Part shown: one piece after another, positions 20,732 through 32,154 of the stretch | Layout of the letters: each line of letters opens with the position of its first letter | Numbering within the stretch: the stretch's first letter is position 1 | From: an uncultured Acidobacteriota bacterium | GTDB lineage: Bacteria > Acidobacteriota > Terriglobia > Acidiferrales > UBA7541 | NCBI GenBank assembly: GCA_963790945.1 | Contig: CAWBRH010000015.1 | Span: forward strand, 51,695 to 115,694 | Length of the DNA: 64,000 nt | Direction of reading: 5' to 3' | The notes under the pieces: generated by a model | The model's input: the letters and a program-made list of their open reading frames with translations, nothing else | Databases searched by the model: none | Told to the model about the DNA's origin: nothing | Translations under genes and position numbers: made by a program

Positions 20732-21037
20732 CTACGCTTTCTTCTTCGCTCGCAGCCCGTTCAGCGCCAGCGCCAAACGCGACTTGTACCGGTTCGCCGT
20801 ATTCTCCGTCAGCGTCCCTTTGCGAATCGCCTTATCCAACGCCGAAAATGTTGGTGACGTCAGCTTCTCCGCGGTGGCCACATCGCCCGAGCTGAGCGCC
20901 GTCCGCAGCCGCCGAATCGCCGAACGCACGCGCGTGCGGTTCATCTGGTTCACCACCTGCCGCTGTTCAGTCTGCCGGATATTCTTCAATACCGACTTCG
21001 TCTTCTTCTTGTGCTTTACAGCCCCACCCTGAGCCAT
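20732..21037 (-). CDS. rpsT: 30S ribosomal protein S20
   Basis: KHKKKTKSVLKNIRQTEQRQVVNQMNRTRVRSAIRRLR...ANRYKSRLALALNGL is typical bS20. AAGGAG lies upstream of the ATG. Confidence 0.95.
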   Translation of the reverse strand: MAQGGAVKHKKKTKSVLKNIRQTEQRQVVNQMNRTRVRSAIRRLRTALSSGDVATAEKLTSPTFSALDKAIRKGTLTENTANRYKSRLALALNGLRAKKKA

Positions 21038-21071
21038 TCAGTGCTCCTTAGCAATGTAATCGGAAACAAAA

Positions 21072-21100
21072 AGAATATCCGACCCGCGCACTCCTGTCAA
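21072..21100 (-). promoter_or_regulatory. candidate sigma70-type promoter of rpsT
   Basis: Minus strand reads TTGACA-17 nt-TATTCT, about 35 nt upstream of the rpsT ATG. Confidence 0.4.
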
Positions 21101-21304
21101 TTTTCGCAAATGTGTGCGCGTCAACCGCACACCATGGAGTCGGTCGGGCGTTATGTAAGGATGTTCGGTCCGGCGGTATGCATAAGTAAAGGATGTCTTG
21201 ATAACGCGGCGTGAACGACGTCCTGGAACTTTACTCGCTTTTCCTACGCGACATCCTTCCGCTCTTGGCATCTGCATGAATCGCTCTCGAATCACCTCGC
21301 CCGT

Positions 21305-21880
21305 TCACCGCGGCCGCGTCCTCAGCCCAGCTTGCTTCCAAAGCTTCTCCCAATGCCACACCCCAGGCGTATCGTGCAGCACGCGGTAGCCAAGTTGATG
21401 CGCCAGCATCAAAATCTGCCCGCGATGATGCGCCTCATGCGAAAACATGTAAGCGAACATCGTCCCGCCGGCCGGCCAGGTTTGCGCCCAACTCCCGCGA
21501 GAAAACTTCGTAACCCGGCGCTTGGGATCAGCCGAAAGAGCATCCGTCAACATCCGCAAACACTGCCCGGCGCTTTTCCGATGCGCAGCCGCAGCCTGCT
21601 TCATCGTGCACCGGTCGGGATCAAGCGGCGCCGGACACTTCAAATGCGGCGCCGAGTTTTTAAGCCACACAAGCCGGCAGTTGTGCAAATGCGCGAAGAT
21701 CGCCGCAATAGTCCGCCCATTGCCTTTCTTGCCAGGCGGCTCAGCCCGCCAAGCCCGCGGCTCAAGGCTCGAGAGGATCACCTGGTTCATCCCATCATTG
21801 CTGGCATAAGTTTCAAGCAACGTATCCCGGATTTCAGCAAGCATAGCGTCTGATTGCCGCGCCTCGATTTTCTGTGCCAT
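21305..21880 (-). CDS. DinB-like damage-inducible family protein
   Basis: Start MAQKIEARQSDAM. His pattern IAAIFAHLHNCRLVW ... FSHEAHHRGQILMLAHQLG. Confidence 0.8.
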   Translation of the reverse strand: MAQKIEARQSDAMLAEIRDTLLETYASNDGMNQVILSSLEPRAWRAEPPGKKGNGRTIAAIFAHLHNCRLVWLKNSAPHLKCPAPLDPDRCTMKQAAAAHRKSAGQCLRMLTDALSADPKRRVTKFSRGSWAQTWPAGGTMFAYMFSHEAHHRGQILMLAHQLGYRVLHDTPGVWHWEKLWKQAGLRTRPR

Positions 21881-21954
21881 AAAAGACTCCGCCAATTTAT
21901 AACATGACCGAGGTCGTGAAGCGTCAGGTAGCCACGATGTTCCTGACTTTGGTG

Positions 21955-21976
21955 GCACAGGCACTCTTGCCTGTGC
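21955..21976. repeat. REP-like hairpin GCACAGGCA-N5-GCCTGTGC (second copy)
   Basis: Same stem as 3397-3418. Confidence 0.6.
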
Positions 21977-22365
21977 GCCTTTGCTGTGAGGTATCCATCC
22001 GACCTTGGCACGCGCACGACATCGTACTCAATGAACGCAAACTGCCGTTCAGTAGCCTTCAGCCCCAATCCGCCAGACGCCCCGCGTCTTGACGTAAGAA
22101 AACGCTGGGGCCGTGGATTATCCGCAACTCCCCTAATTTCAACTTCCCCGTTCCCCAATCTCCGCCCAATTTACCGATAGCCAAACAGTCAAATCTGAGC
22201 TACCATAGCCCGTTTTCATATGACGATAAAAACTACACTATCGGACGGAGAGATGGCCCAGCGAGGGACGCACCCTCGTTCGTTCAGAGCCACGAACTGC
22301 CTGCGCACTCTTGCCGCGCCAAGATTCCAGGGAATACGAAACACAGTCCCGCCGCGCGACGCCGA

Positions 22366-22609
22366 ATTTCTAATCGCAAATCTGGAATTAGAATTCAAGT
22401 TAAACCATAGAAAAGAAAGCCAACTAAGAATTCCTAATCGCAAATATTCGCGGGTTTTGCATGCGCCGTGGCGTATCGCGATTTTTTCTCTCAAACCGCC
22501 ACTTTCTCCCGCTTCCAGCGTAGCTCAGCCGCCCACTTCTAATAGGAACAATCGAACAATTAGAAATTGCACTAAATCTCGCAGCATCATCACTTACGCA
22601 ATTTCTAAT
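22366..22609. repeat. AT-rich dispersed repeat cluster (core TTCTAATCGC/TTCTAATAGG); inverted relative to the 1277-1500 cluster
   Basis: Copies: ATTTCTAAT-N12-ATTAGAAT at 22366-22394; TTCCTAATCGCAAAT at 22431-22445; TTCTAAT-N15-ATTAGAAAT at 22537-22567; ATTTCTAAT at 22601-22609. Confidence 0.65.
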
Positions 22610-22707
22610 AGGGACAAAATCGCGTTTTTCGGGATTTGCTCCGGCCCCCGCTTTTCTCCTCGCAGAGGCACTTCCCGCGATATGATACCGGCGCTGACGC
22701 CACTCCA

Positions 22708-24069
22708 ATGACCACCCCACATCCCGTCCATCTGCTCGGTCCACTCTTCACGACCGACGATATGCGCGAGATCTTCTCCGATCATCGCCGCCTGCAAGCG
22801 ATGCTGAATTTCGAAGCCGCGCTGGCACGAGCGCTCGCAATCGCCGGCGTCGCCTCCAAGGAAGCCGCCGCAGCGATTGAGTCGCAATGCGATGCGAATC
22901 TCTTCTCGATTGAAAAGCTGGCACGAGAGGGCGCGCTCGCCGGCAACGTCGCGATCCCAACGGTCAAGCAGCTCACTTCACTCGTCGCCAAGAACGACGA
23001 GAAGGCTTCCGCCTTCGTTCACTACGGCGCGACCAGTCAGGACGCGATTGACACGGGCCTTGTGCTGCAGCTTCGCGAAGCCCTCGAGGAAATTGGCAAC
23101 GGGCTTTCCAAAATTTCGAGCGCGCTAGTAAAACTCGTCGAGGCTCATGAGTCGACGCTCGTCGTCGGCCGGACCTGGCTGCAACATGCTCCGCCCGTCA
23201 CTCTCGGATTGAAAGTTGCCGGCTGGCTTTCCGCGATCGAGCGGCATCATGCCCGCCTCAACCAAACCCAAAAAGATGTGCTCGCAATTCAATTTGGAGG
23301 CGCCGTGGGCACCCTCGCGGCGCTCGGCGATCGCGGACCGGCAGTTGCCTCCGCGCTGGCCGATGATCTGAAACTTGGTCTGCCGGATTTGCCCTGGCAC
23401 ACGCACCGCGACCGGTTCGCGGAAGTTGCCACAACTCTTGGCTTGCTGGTAGGCACGCTCGGAAAAATCGCCCGCGATATTTCGTTGATGGCCCAAACCG
23501 AAATCGCGGAAGTTGCGGAGCACTCGGAGCCTGGCAGGGGCGGCTCCTCCACGATGCCGCACAAACAGAATCCGGTCGGCTGCGCGATGATTTTATCTGC
23601 CGCGATTCGTGTCCCAGCGCTCGTCTCTACCATGCTGACAAGTATGGTGCAGGAGCACGAACGAGGTTTGGGCGGCTGGCACGCCGAATGGGAAACGCTG
23701 CCCGAAGTCTGCATGCTCGCAGGTGGGGCGGTAGCGCAGACCGCTGGCCTGCTTGGCGGATTGCAGATTCACGAAGATCGCATGGCGGAAAATATAGAAG
23801 AAACACACGGCCTGATTTTTTCTGAAGCCGTGGCAATGGTCCTGCGCAAAAAACTGGGCCGCTCGCTATCGCATCAACTGCTCGAGGACGCGAGCCGCCG
23901 CGCTGTCGAAAAAAATCAATCACTGCAGGATGTGCTCCTCAACGACGGCAAAGTTCGCGAGCACCTTTCCGCCGAAGAAATTGCCCGTCTGATGGACCCC
24001 AAGAATTACATCGGCTCAGCCAGAGAGATGGCTAAGAAAGTCCTATCCAGCCTGGATCGAAAACTTTAA
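22708..24069 (+). CDS. pcaB: 3-carboxy-cis,cis-muconate cycloisomerase
   Basis: Fumarate-lyase superfamily protein (GSSTMPHKQNP signature) with a PcaB-like N-terminus (LFTTDDMREIFSDHRRLQAMLNFEAALA), followed directly by pcaD and pcaC. Confidence 0.85.
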   Translation: MTTPHPVHLLGPLFTTDDMREIFSDHRRLQAMLNFEAALARALAIAGVASKEAAAAIESQCDANLFSIEKLAREGALAGNVAIPTVKQLTSLVAKNDEKASAFVHYGATSQDAIDTGLVLQLREALEEIGNGLSKISSALVKLVEAHESTLVVGRTWLQHAPPVTLGLKVAGWLSAIERHHARLNQTQKDVLAIQFGGAVGTLAALGDRGPAVASALADDLKLGLPDLPWHTHRDRFAEVATTLGLLVGTLGKIARDISLMAQTEIAEVAEHSEPGRGGSSTMPHKQNPVGCAMILSAAIRVPALVSTMLTSMVQEHERGLGGWHAEWETLPEVCMLAGGAVAQTAGLLGGLQIHEDRMAENIEETHGLIFSEAVAMVLRKKLGRSLSHQLLEDASRRAVEKNQSLQDVLLNDGKVREHLSAEEIARLMDPKNYIGSAREMAKKVLSSLDRKL

Positions 24070-24094
24070 TGCCACAATTCGGGAAACTCTGAGC

Positions 24095-24886
24095 ATGCCT
24101 TTTGCGGACTCAAATGGCGCGCGGTTGAACTATCGCTTCGACGGCCCCGCCGATACGCCAGTGCTCGTCCTTTCGAATTCTCTGGGCACGAATCTGTCGA
24201 TGTGGGATCCGCAGATTCCGGCGCTCGCGGCTCAGTTTCGCGTCTTGCGCTACGACACGCGCGGTCATGGCCAGTCGTCCGTCACGCCGGGGCCTTACAG
24301 CGTCACTCAATTGGGACGCGACGTCGTCGGATTGCTCGACGCTCTTGAAATCGAACGCGCGCATTTTTGCGGGCTTTCGATGGGCGGCGTGACCGGCATG
24401 TGGCTGGGAGTCTATGCTCCGGAACGAATCAACCGGCTGGTGTTGTGCAATACTGCGGCGAAGATCGGCGCAGCCGACATGTGGAACGCTCGCATCGAAA
24501 CAGTCCGAACCAACGGCTTGAGCGCGGTTGCTGAAACACAGGCGCAGCGCTGGTTCACTCCCGCGTTCGTCGCCAAGACGCCGGACGTGATTGCGGCCAC
24601 GCGCCAGATGATCGCAAGCACATCTCCCGAAGGGTACGCCGCGAATTGCGGAGCCATCCGCGATATGGATCAGCGAGAAACGATTTCGCGCATTCGGGCG
24701 CGCACCCTCGTGATCGGCGGATTGCACGACCCCGTGATTTCCGCTGCAGACCTGCGCTATCTGGTGGACACGATTCCGGGGGCGAAGCTTGTGGAGCTTG
24801 ATGCATCACATCTCTCGAATGTGGAAGCTCCGGTTGAATTCACCAAGGTGCTGGTCAATTTTCTGGCTGAACCGGAGGGGAACTAA
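24095..24886 (+). CDS. pcaD: 3-oxoadipate enol-lactonase
   Basis: Alpha/beta hydrolase with nucleophile elbow GLSMGG. N-terminus NGARLNYRFDGPADTPVLVLSNSLGT and RVLRYDTRGHGQS are typical of PcaD. Confidence 0.85.
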   Translation: MPFADSNGARLNYRFDGPADTPVLVLSNSLGTNLSMWDPQIPALAAQFRVLRYDTRGHGQSSVTPGPYSVTQLGRDVVGLLDALEIERAHFCGLSMGGVTGMWLGVYAPERINRLVLCNTAAKIGAADMWNARIETVRTNGLSAVAETQAQRWFTPAFVAKTPDVIAATRQMIASTSPEGYAANCGAIRDMDQRETISRIRARTLVIGGLHDPVISAADLRYLVDTIPGAKLVELDASHLSNVEAPVEFTKVLVNFLAEPEGN

Positions 24887-25287
24887 TGCCCGGGAAAAAC
24901 ATGAGTGATCGCGAACGGCACGAGGCGGGAATGAAGGTGCGGCGTGCGGTGCTTAGCGATGCGCACGTCGATCGGGCGGAGAAGAACAAGACCGCGTTCA
25001 ACGAGCCATTCCAGGATCTCATCACGCGCTACGCCTGGGGAGAAATCTGGTCACGTCCCGGACTTCCGCGAAATACGCGCAGCCTGATAACCCTCGCCAT
25101 GATGATCGCCCTCAATCGCAGCGATGAATTCCGGATGCACGTCCGAGCCGCCCTGAATAACAAAGTAACCCGCGACGAAATTCAGGAACTGCTACTGCAG
25201 AGCGCAATCTACTGCGGCGTACCTGCAGCCAACACCGCCTTCCACATCGCCCAGGAAGTATTCGCGGAAATGGACGGGGAAAAATGA
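24886..25287 (+). CDS. pcaC: 4-carboxymuconolactone decarboxylase
   Basis: TAATG overlap with pcaD. Carboxymuconolactone-decarboxylase motif: YAWGEIWSRPGLPRNTRSLITLAMMIALNR...ELLLQSAIYCGVPAA. Confidence 0.85.
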   Translation: MPGKNMSDRERHEAGMKVRRAVLSDAHVDRAEKNKTAFNEPFQDLITRYAWGEIWSRPGLPRNTRSLITLAMMIALNRSDEFRMHVRAALNNKVTRDEIQELLLQSAIYCGVPAANTAFHIAQEVFAEMDGEK

Positions 25288-25336
25288 CCGCGCCCTCCAA
25301 GCCTCCGATGAAAATTACTCCAGTGCGAATCAACCC

Positions 25337-26119
25337 ATGAATTTGTCCGCCTCGAACGAAGTGGGGATGACGGTCGCGCTATTTTTTGGCATTTTGCTCT
25401 GCCTGGAAATCGGCTTCCGGATTGGTTTGGCGAGCTCGAAAAGAAATCACGAACTGGCGTACGAAGGAACTGGGACGATCGATGCGGCCGTGTTTGCGCT
25501 GCTCGGTCTTCTTCTCGGATTCAGTTTCGCGGGCGCGATGTCGCGCTTCGATGCCCGTCGCCAGCTCATCGTCAATGAGGCCAACACGATTGGCACGGCG
25601 TACCTCCGCATCGACCTGCTTCCTGCAGCCGATCAGCCGGAGATTCGCAAGCTGTTTCGCGAGTATCTCGACGCGAGGCTCCGCGCTTTTGAGGTGCTAA
25701 GAAACAGGGATGAGGCTCGGCAAGAATTTGCGCGCGCGGCCGAGATTCAGCAGCAGATCTGGTCGCGCGCTCTGGCGGCGAGCAAGAACGACACAACGCA
25801 AAATTCCGCACGGCTACTGATGCCCGCAATCAATGACATGATGGATGTTACTACGGCGCGAATGATTGCCGCGGGCAGCCGTCTTCCGGCCCTGATTTTT
25901 CTTTTGCTGGTTAGTGTCGCGCTTCTAAGCGGGCTTCTGGCGGGCTACGCAATGGCAAAACGGAAAAGCCGCAGCTGGTTGCACATGATTCTGTACGCGA
26001 CGGTGATTCCGATAACGATTTACGCAGTCTTAGATTTTGAGGATCCGCGGTCGGGGCTCATCCGCGTCGACGCTGCCGACAGAGCGCTGATTCAATTGCG
26101 AGATTCGATTCGCCAGTAG
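25337..26119 (+). CDS. DUF4239-like membrane protein
   Basis: Two N-terminal and two C-terminal TM helices flank a helical domain (NEANTIGTAYLRIDLLP...). The family call is from memory. Confidence 0.7.
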   Translation: MNLSASNEVGMTVALFFGILLCLEIGFRIGLASSKRNHELAYEGTGTIDAAVFALLGLLLGFSFAGAMSRFDARRQLIVNEANTIGTAYLRIDLLPAADQPEIRKLFREYLDARLRAFEVLRNRDEARQEFARAAEIQQQIWSRALAASKNDTTQNSARLLMPAINDMMDVTTARMIAAGSRLPALIFLLLVSVALLSGLLAGYAMAKRKSRSWLHMILYATVIPITIYAVLDFEDPRSGLIRVDAADRALIQLRDSIRQ

Positions 26120-26132
26120 ATTATGGTGGCCC

Positions 26133-26786
26133 TCAGGTGGGAACGTGCGGCAGATTCCAGTGCCGCCAAACGCTGATCAGGCGAATCAGGAAGCAGATGG
26201 CGCCTCCCAAGAGCGCCGAGGGCGTATCGCCCAGCCGCCATCTTCGCGCGATGATCATCACGGCCGAGCCGATGAGCGCGGCGGTGGCATAGACATCGGC
26301 GCGAAGTACGTTCGGAATCTGCGCAAGAAGAATATCGCGAATCGTCCCGCCGCCGACGGCAGTGATGGTGCCCAGCAACGCCGCGACAAAAGGATGCATT
26401 TTGTATTTCAGCGCTTTTTCGGTGCCTGCGACCGCGAACAACGCGAGCGCGCCGGCATCCAGCACGATGAGAGGCCGCGTCGGAAGATTCTCAAAGAGCG
26501 GATGCAGGAAGAAAACAATGGCAGCACCGGTGAACGCCACGGTGGGGTAGCGCCAGTCACGCAGCGACTGTGGCGGCACAGCGCCAATCAGAAGATCGCG
26601 AGTGATTCCTCCCGCCAACGCTGTGGAGAACGCCAGCACCATCAGGCCGAGTAAATCGAGATCGCCAGTGACGGCGGCGGTGGCACCTTCGATTGCGAAG
26701 AGGAAAGTTCCGGCAATATCCGCCACCGATAGAAGCCGATCGTGGCGTATGAGCGCAGCCTGGGTTTCGTTGTTTGCTTGCGTCAT
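26133..26786 (-). CDS. trimeric intracellular cation channel (UPF0126/YadS) family membrane protein
   Basis: Internal duplication with the two Gly-rich motifs GGITRDLL and GGTIRDILL. Confidence 0.8.
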   Translation of the reverse strand: MTQANNETQAALIRHDRLLSVADIAGTFLFAIEGATAAVTGDLDLLGLMVLAFSTALAGGITRDLLIGAVPPQSLRDWRYPTVAFTGAAIVFFLHPLFENLPTRPLIVLDAGALALFAVAGTEKALKYKMHPFVAALLGTITAVGGGTIRDILLAQIPNVLRADVYATAALIGSAVMIIARRWRLGDTPSALLGGAICFLIRLISVWRHWNLPHVPT

Positions 26787-26840
26787 CTTTTTATTTCCGG
26801 TGTTACGAATCGTCCCCGCGCGCGCAACTGAGTTCTTGGT

Positions 26841-27266
26841 TCAGGCGCGATTCTCGGATAGCCGGGCGATCACTTCTGCTGGAAGCGGGCGGGATTTCAT
26901 TCGCTTCGGATCCTGCGGGTCGAGGCCGGCCCAAACGCGCGTTTCGATGCCTTCGACGGCGAGAACCTGATCCTTGAAATATTGATGGCGAAGCACAAAG
27001 CTGCTGCGACGAAATTCCATCACGGTAGATTCGGCGCGGAGTTCGTCGCCAAAGGTGGAAGGCACGATGAATCGCGCCTTCACGTCGACGAGCGGAACGC
27101 CGAGAACGCCGTGGGAGCGGAAGAGGTTCTGAATCGGCAGTCCGGCCGCGAGAAAGAGAGCGGTGGTGCAACCGTCAAACCACTCGAGATACCGCGGATA
27201 AAAAACGATTCCGGCGGGGTCGCAGTCACCCCATTCGATGAGCAGCCGCTTGTGGCTGACGAGCAT
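26841..27266 (-). CDS. 4-hydroxybenzoyl-CoA thioesterase family (hotdog fold) acyl-CoA thioesterase
   Basis: IEWGDCDPAGIVFYPRYLEWFD is typical of the 4HBT/YbgC class. Confidence 0.8.
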   Translation of the reverse strand: MLVSHKRLLIEWGDCDPAGIVFYPRYLEWFDGCTTALFLAAGLPIQNLFRSHGVLGVPLVDVKARFIVPSTFGDELRAESTVMEFRRSSFVLRHQYFKDQVLAVEGIETRVWAGLDPQDPKRMKSRPLPAEVIARLSENRA

Positions 27267-27392
27267 TCGCGTGAAACTCCTTCAAACGGATTTCAAATAT
27301 GGCGGAGTGAGGCTACCGGAGATTGTCGAGAAGCGTCAAGCAGAAGCGGAAATTTACATCTTCGCAGAGCAGGTGGCCGCTCGCGGTATTAG

Positions 27393-28601
<1,209 letters not shown>

Positions 28602-28642
28602 TTCTGGGCCCGCGATTTCAAAAAAGAGGAGGCTAGAGAACA

Positions 28643-29461
28643 TTGCCGCTGAATAAGCCTGAGAAAATCTTCTGGATCAGCCTGAGCTCATTGATTGTGG
28701 TGATTTGCGCCGTATTTCTTGCGGCGCCTGCATGGACATACCATCCGCCGCCGCGTCCGCAGTCAGCAGAGATGCCGGAGATGTCCGGCATGTCGATGGA
28801 GGAAATGGCTAATATGCCAGGAATGGAGCACAGCGCTGCGCCGGAGGTGAGTCCACAACTCAAAGCGAAGTATGCCAGGGACAAGCGCGAAAGCGAATTC
28901 AATCATCATCTCGCCGGACTGCTGGTAATTCTGGCGGCCATATTTTTCCTGGGGCAGCCGATGCTGACGAAGCGATGGCCTTCGGCGCGGTATGCGTGGC
29001 CAATGTGTTTTTTGATTTCGGGGATTTTCCTGCTTTTGTTCAGCGACACCGAAATCTGGCCATTTGGGAATCAGAGCATTATTTACGCGCTGACCCACAA
29101 TCCCGAGGACGTCCAACACAAGACATTTGCGCTCATCCTGCTGGTGCTTGGTGTGGTGGAAATGTTGCGAGCCAGCGGGCGCTTACAGGCTGCGTGGAGT
29201 GCGTGGGTATTCCCCGTGGTGTCGCTGGCGGGATGCGTTCTGCTGCTATTTCATCATCATGGAGGGATGCACGGGCCGGACGCCATGAAGACGATGGTGA
29301 GCGTGCAGCATCAACACTTGCATTTTGCGGAGGCGGGTGCGGGAGCAGCGGTGGCGAAGGGCTTGGCGGAATCCAACGCGAGTTGGTATGAAGTTTTCAA
29401 TAAGATATGGCCGCTTTTCATGATCGTTCTTGGCGTGATGCTAATGATGTATAGCGAATAG
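28643..29461 (+). CDS. hypothetical polytopic membrane protein with a Met-rich N-terminal segment and His clusters
   Basis: TTG start; 272 aa. MPEMSGMSMEEMANMPGMEH follows TM1. His-containing TM regions: NHHLAGLL, LLLFHHHGGMHGP, VQHQHLHF. Confidence 0.65.
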   Translation: MPLNKPEKIFWISLSSLIVVICAVFLAAPAWTYHPPPRPQSAEMPEMSGMSMEEMANMPGMEHSAAPEVSPQLKAKYARDKRESEFNHHLAGLLVILAAIFFLGQPMLTKRWPSARYAWPMCFLISGIFLLLFSDTEIWPFGNQSIIYALTHNPEDVQHKTFALILLVLGVVEMLRASGRLQAAWSAWVFPVVSLAGCVLLLFHHHGGMHGPDAMKTMVSVQHQHLHFAEAGAGAAVAKGLAESNASWYEVFNKIWPLFMIVLGVMLMMYSE

Positions 29462-29471
29462 CGTTTGGAAC

Positions 29472-30029
29472 CTAACGCTTCGCCTTATGGGGCTTCTCCG
29501 GGGAAAACTGTTTTTTATAAGTGGCGAGAGCATTTTTGATAATGGGATAGGCTTTGGAAGGCGGCAAAATCTCGTCCACGTCCACTTCTTTACCTTCTAG
29601 CTGTTTGTAATCCTGAAAAAATCTCCGGATTATGGCCAACCGGTGCGGCGGCAGCTCGCTTGCTTCGTGATACCCGTTGAATTCGGGATCTTTGGTGGCG
29701 ACGGCGATTATTTTGTGATCAGGGTCGCCGGAGTCGATCATGGTCATGAGGCCGATCACCCTGGCATGCATGAGAGTGAGAGGAACCACCGATTCCTGGC
29801 AGAGCACCAGGACGTCGAGGGGATCGTGATCTTCGGCGAGTGTTTGAGGGATGAAGCCGTAGTTCGCGGGATAAAAGACGGCGGAGTAAAGAACACGGTC
29901 CATGCGGATTATTCCGCTGGCTTTGTCGAGCTCGTACTTAACGTTCGAGTGCAGCGGGATTTCGATGACGGCGTCGAATTCGTAGGGAACTTTGTTGCCG
30001 GGACTCAGGTCGTGCCAGGGATGAGTCAT
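29472..30029 (-). CDS. ppa: inorganic pyrophosphatase (family I)
   Basis: IEIPLHSNVKYELDK...YPANYGFIPQTLAEDHDPLDVLVL...DHKIIAV. Confidence 0.95.
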   Translation of the reverse strand: MTHPWHDLSPGNKVPYEFDAVIEIPLHSNVKYELDKASGIIRMDRVLYSAVFYPANYGFIPQTLAEDHDPLDVLVLCQESVVPLTLMHARVIGLMTMIDSGDPDHKIIAVATKDPEFNGYHEASELPPHRLAIIRRFFQDYKQLEGKEVDVDEILPPSKAYPIIKNALATYKKQFSPEKPHKAKR

Positions 30030-30086
30030 GGGAGCCTCTCGGGCTGCGATGAAATTGCGGGATCATTGTATTACGCCAGGCTGTGC

Positions 30087-31989
30087 TCAGGAGCCGGAAC
30101 CGGAAGAGATGTTCGCAGGCGAGATGGGTTGATTCGTAAAGACGACTTTTCCACCACTGCGCGCGAAAATATGAATGGTTTTCGGATCAATTCCTTGCAG
30201 GGCCTGTTCCACGAAGGGGTCTTCAGTGAATAGATAGACGCGGTTGGGTCCGTTCCACAGGCGCACGAACGAATCCTGGTCTTCGAAAACGGGAGGCGCG
30301 TCCGGGAAGAGCGAGCCGAACCACAGATCGGCGCGGCGTCCGTCGATGATATGCACGCGTTCGCCTGTGTAGAAAACGATTGAGGCGCCGCTTTCGTAAT
30401 TGCGGTAGAAGACGATGGTCTGGCCGGGTTGAAAATCCTTGCGAATCGCAAGAGCCAGATTCTTCGATGAGATTTCGGGCGAGAAAATCACGAAGCCCTG
30501 GTAGACGCAAAGAAGGATTACGACCATCATGGCGGCGAGAGCGAGGTTCGCTTTAAGCGCGGCGCCGCGGCGACGGAAAAACCAATTGAGACCGGTGCCG
30601 AGCAACATCGCAGCACCGAACTCCCAGAGCGGCGCGCGAAACATGCCGAGGGCTTCGATGGTGAGGTCCTGCATATGGCCGAGCGAGAGTTTGTAATGTC
30701 CCGGATGAGCGGTGAGTACATCGCCGATGTCTGTGCCGGGAGGGAACGGATGTGTTTGCGCAAAAATGCTCATGCAAGTGACAAAGACAAGACAGCCGAT
30801 GGCCAGCAAGATTCCTGACGCGATTCTACCGGCGCGACGTTCGCGGCTGTCAGCGGAGGAATTGTTTTCGCGCTGGAGCCAGCCGGCCGTGAGCAAGGCG
30901 AGAGCTGGAACGGCGGGAAGCGAATAGTATTCCTGGCGGCTCGAGAAGCTGAAGAAGCCCACGATTACGGTGATCCAGATAGCGAGAAGGAGATTGGCGC
31001 GGCTGCGCGAGTCCAGGCGATCCCGCCAGGCTCGAAAGTTTGTGGGTATTTCCTTGAGTGCGGGGAAGAGGAATGCGCACCAGGGAAGAATCCAGAGAAG
31101 CAGCAGACCGTAAAACAGGAAGAGCGGGACTTTGCCGTAGTCGTGAGGAATGCGCTTATTGAGGAAGCGCATGAATTGTTCGTTGACGAAATAGGACCAG
31201 AGAAAACCTTTTTCCGGGCCTGTGGGCTGGGCGGGGTTCCTGATTGCTGCGAGAGCGTGCCAGGGAACGGCGACGACAAGAAAGACGAGAGTGCTCGACA
31301 GAGGATGGAGCTTCCAGATTTTCTTCAGGCCACCGGTGAGAAACAGGTACGCCAACATGATTCCCACGGGAAAAACCAGGCCGATCAGGCTTTTGGTCAG
31401 AACGTTGAGGGCAACGGTTACGGCAATCCCCCAGCAGAGCCAAGCGAGATGGCTCGGGTTGCTCGCTTGCTAGGAGGAAAAAATATAATCCGAGGGTAAG
31501 GAAGATTGCGACTAAAACCTCGGGAATGAGAAAGCGAGTAAATACATAAAATCCCGGAGAGGTGATGGTGATGAGTGCCGCGTAAAATCCGGCTTCTTTT
31601 CCAAAGAATTTTCGGCCGAATACGTACACGCACCACGCCAGGAGCAGAACGCTGAGGACTAAGGGCAGGCGCGTCTGCCATTCAGAAATACCAAAAAGTT
31701 TATAGCTGACGGCCACCATCCAATACATCAGCGGGGCTTTTGCGAGATAGCGGATGCCGTCGACATAGAGCGTGACCCAATCATGATTCAGCAGCATTTC
31801 ACGGGAGGCTTCGGCGTGGACGGAGTCTGCGTCGTCGAGGAGTGAGGGATGAAAGAGGCCGGGAATGTAGACGACAAGCCAGGCGCCCAAGATGATGCAG
31901 AGCATGGACGCATTGGAGAGCAGGAAATTGGGGGCGAGAGAACGCCGACCCTGGGTCGCGGTGACTGTATTCATAGAATCATTTGGCAA
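30087..31989 (-). pseudogene. ArnT/PMT-like glycosyltransferase (GT39/GT83 type, dolichyl-phosphate-mannose transferase fold); one frame break near 31455
   Basis: The N-terminal part ends at ...FFLLASEQPEPS (ORF 31156..31989). The continuation HLAWLCWGIAVTVALNVLTKSLIGLVFPVGIMLAYLF is in the frame of ORF 30087..31367. Confidence 0.75.
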
Positions 31990-32154
31990 ATAATTTTACC
32001 TGAGGTGGAGCGCTTGGCCTAATGCGCTGGGATACGTTCTGCGTGCTTGAAGGCGCTGTTTATTTCCTTTGCGGCTGAGAATGACGTATGTTCGCGTGCT
32101 GTTTCTGTGATGCGGTGAAGTGTGAAACGATTGCATTGAAAGGAAACGGCAACT

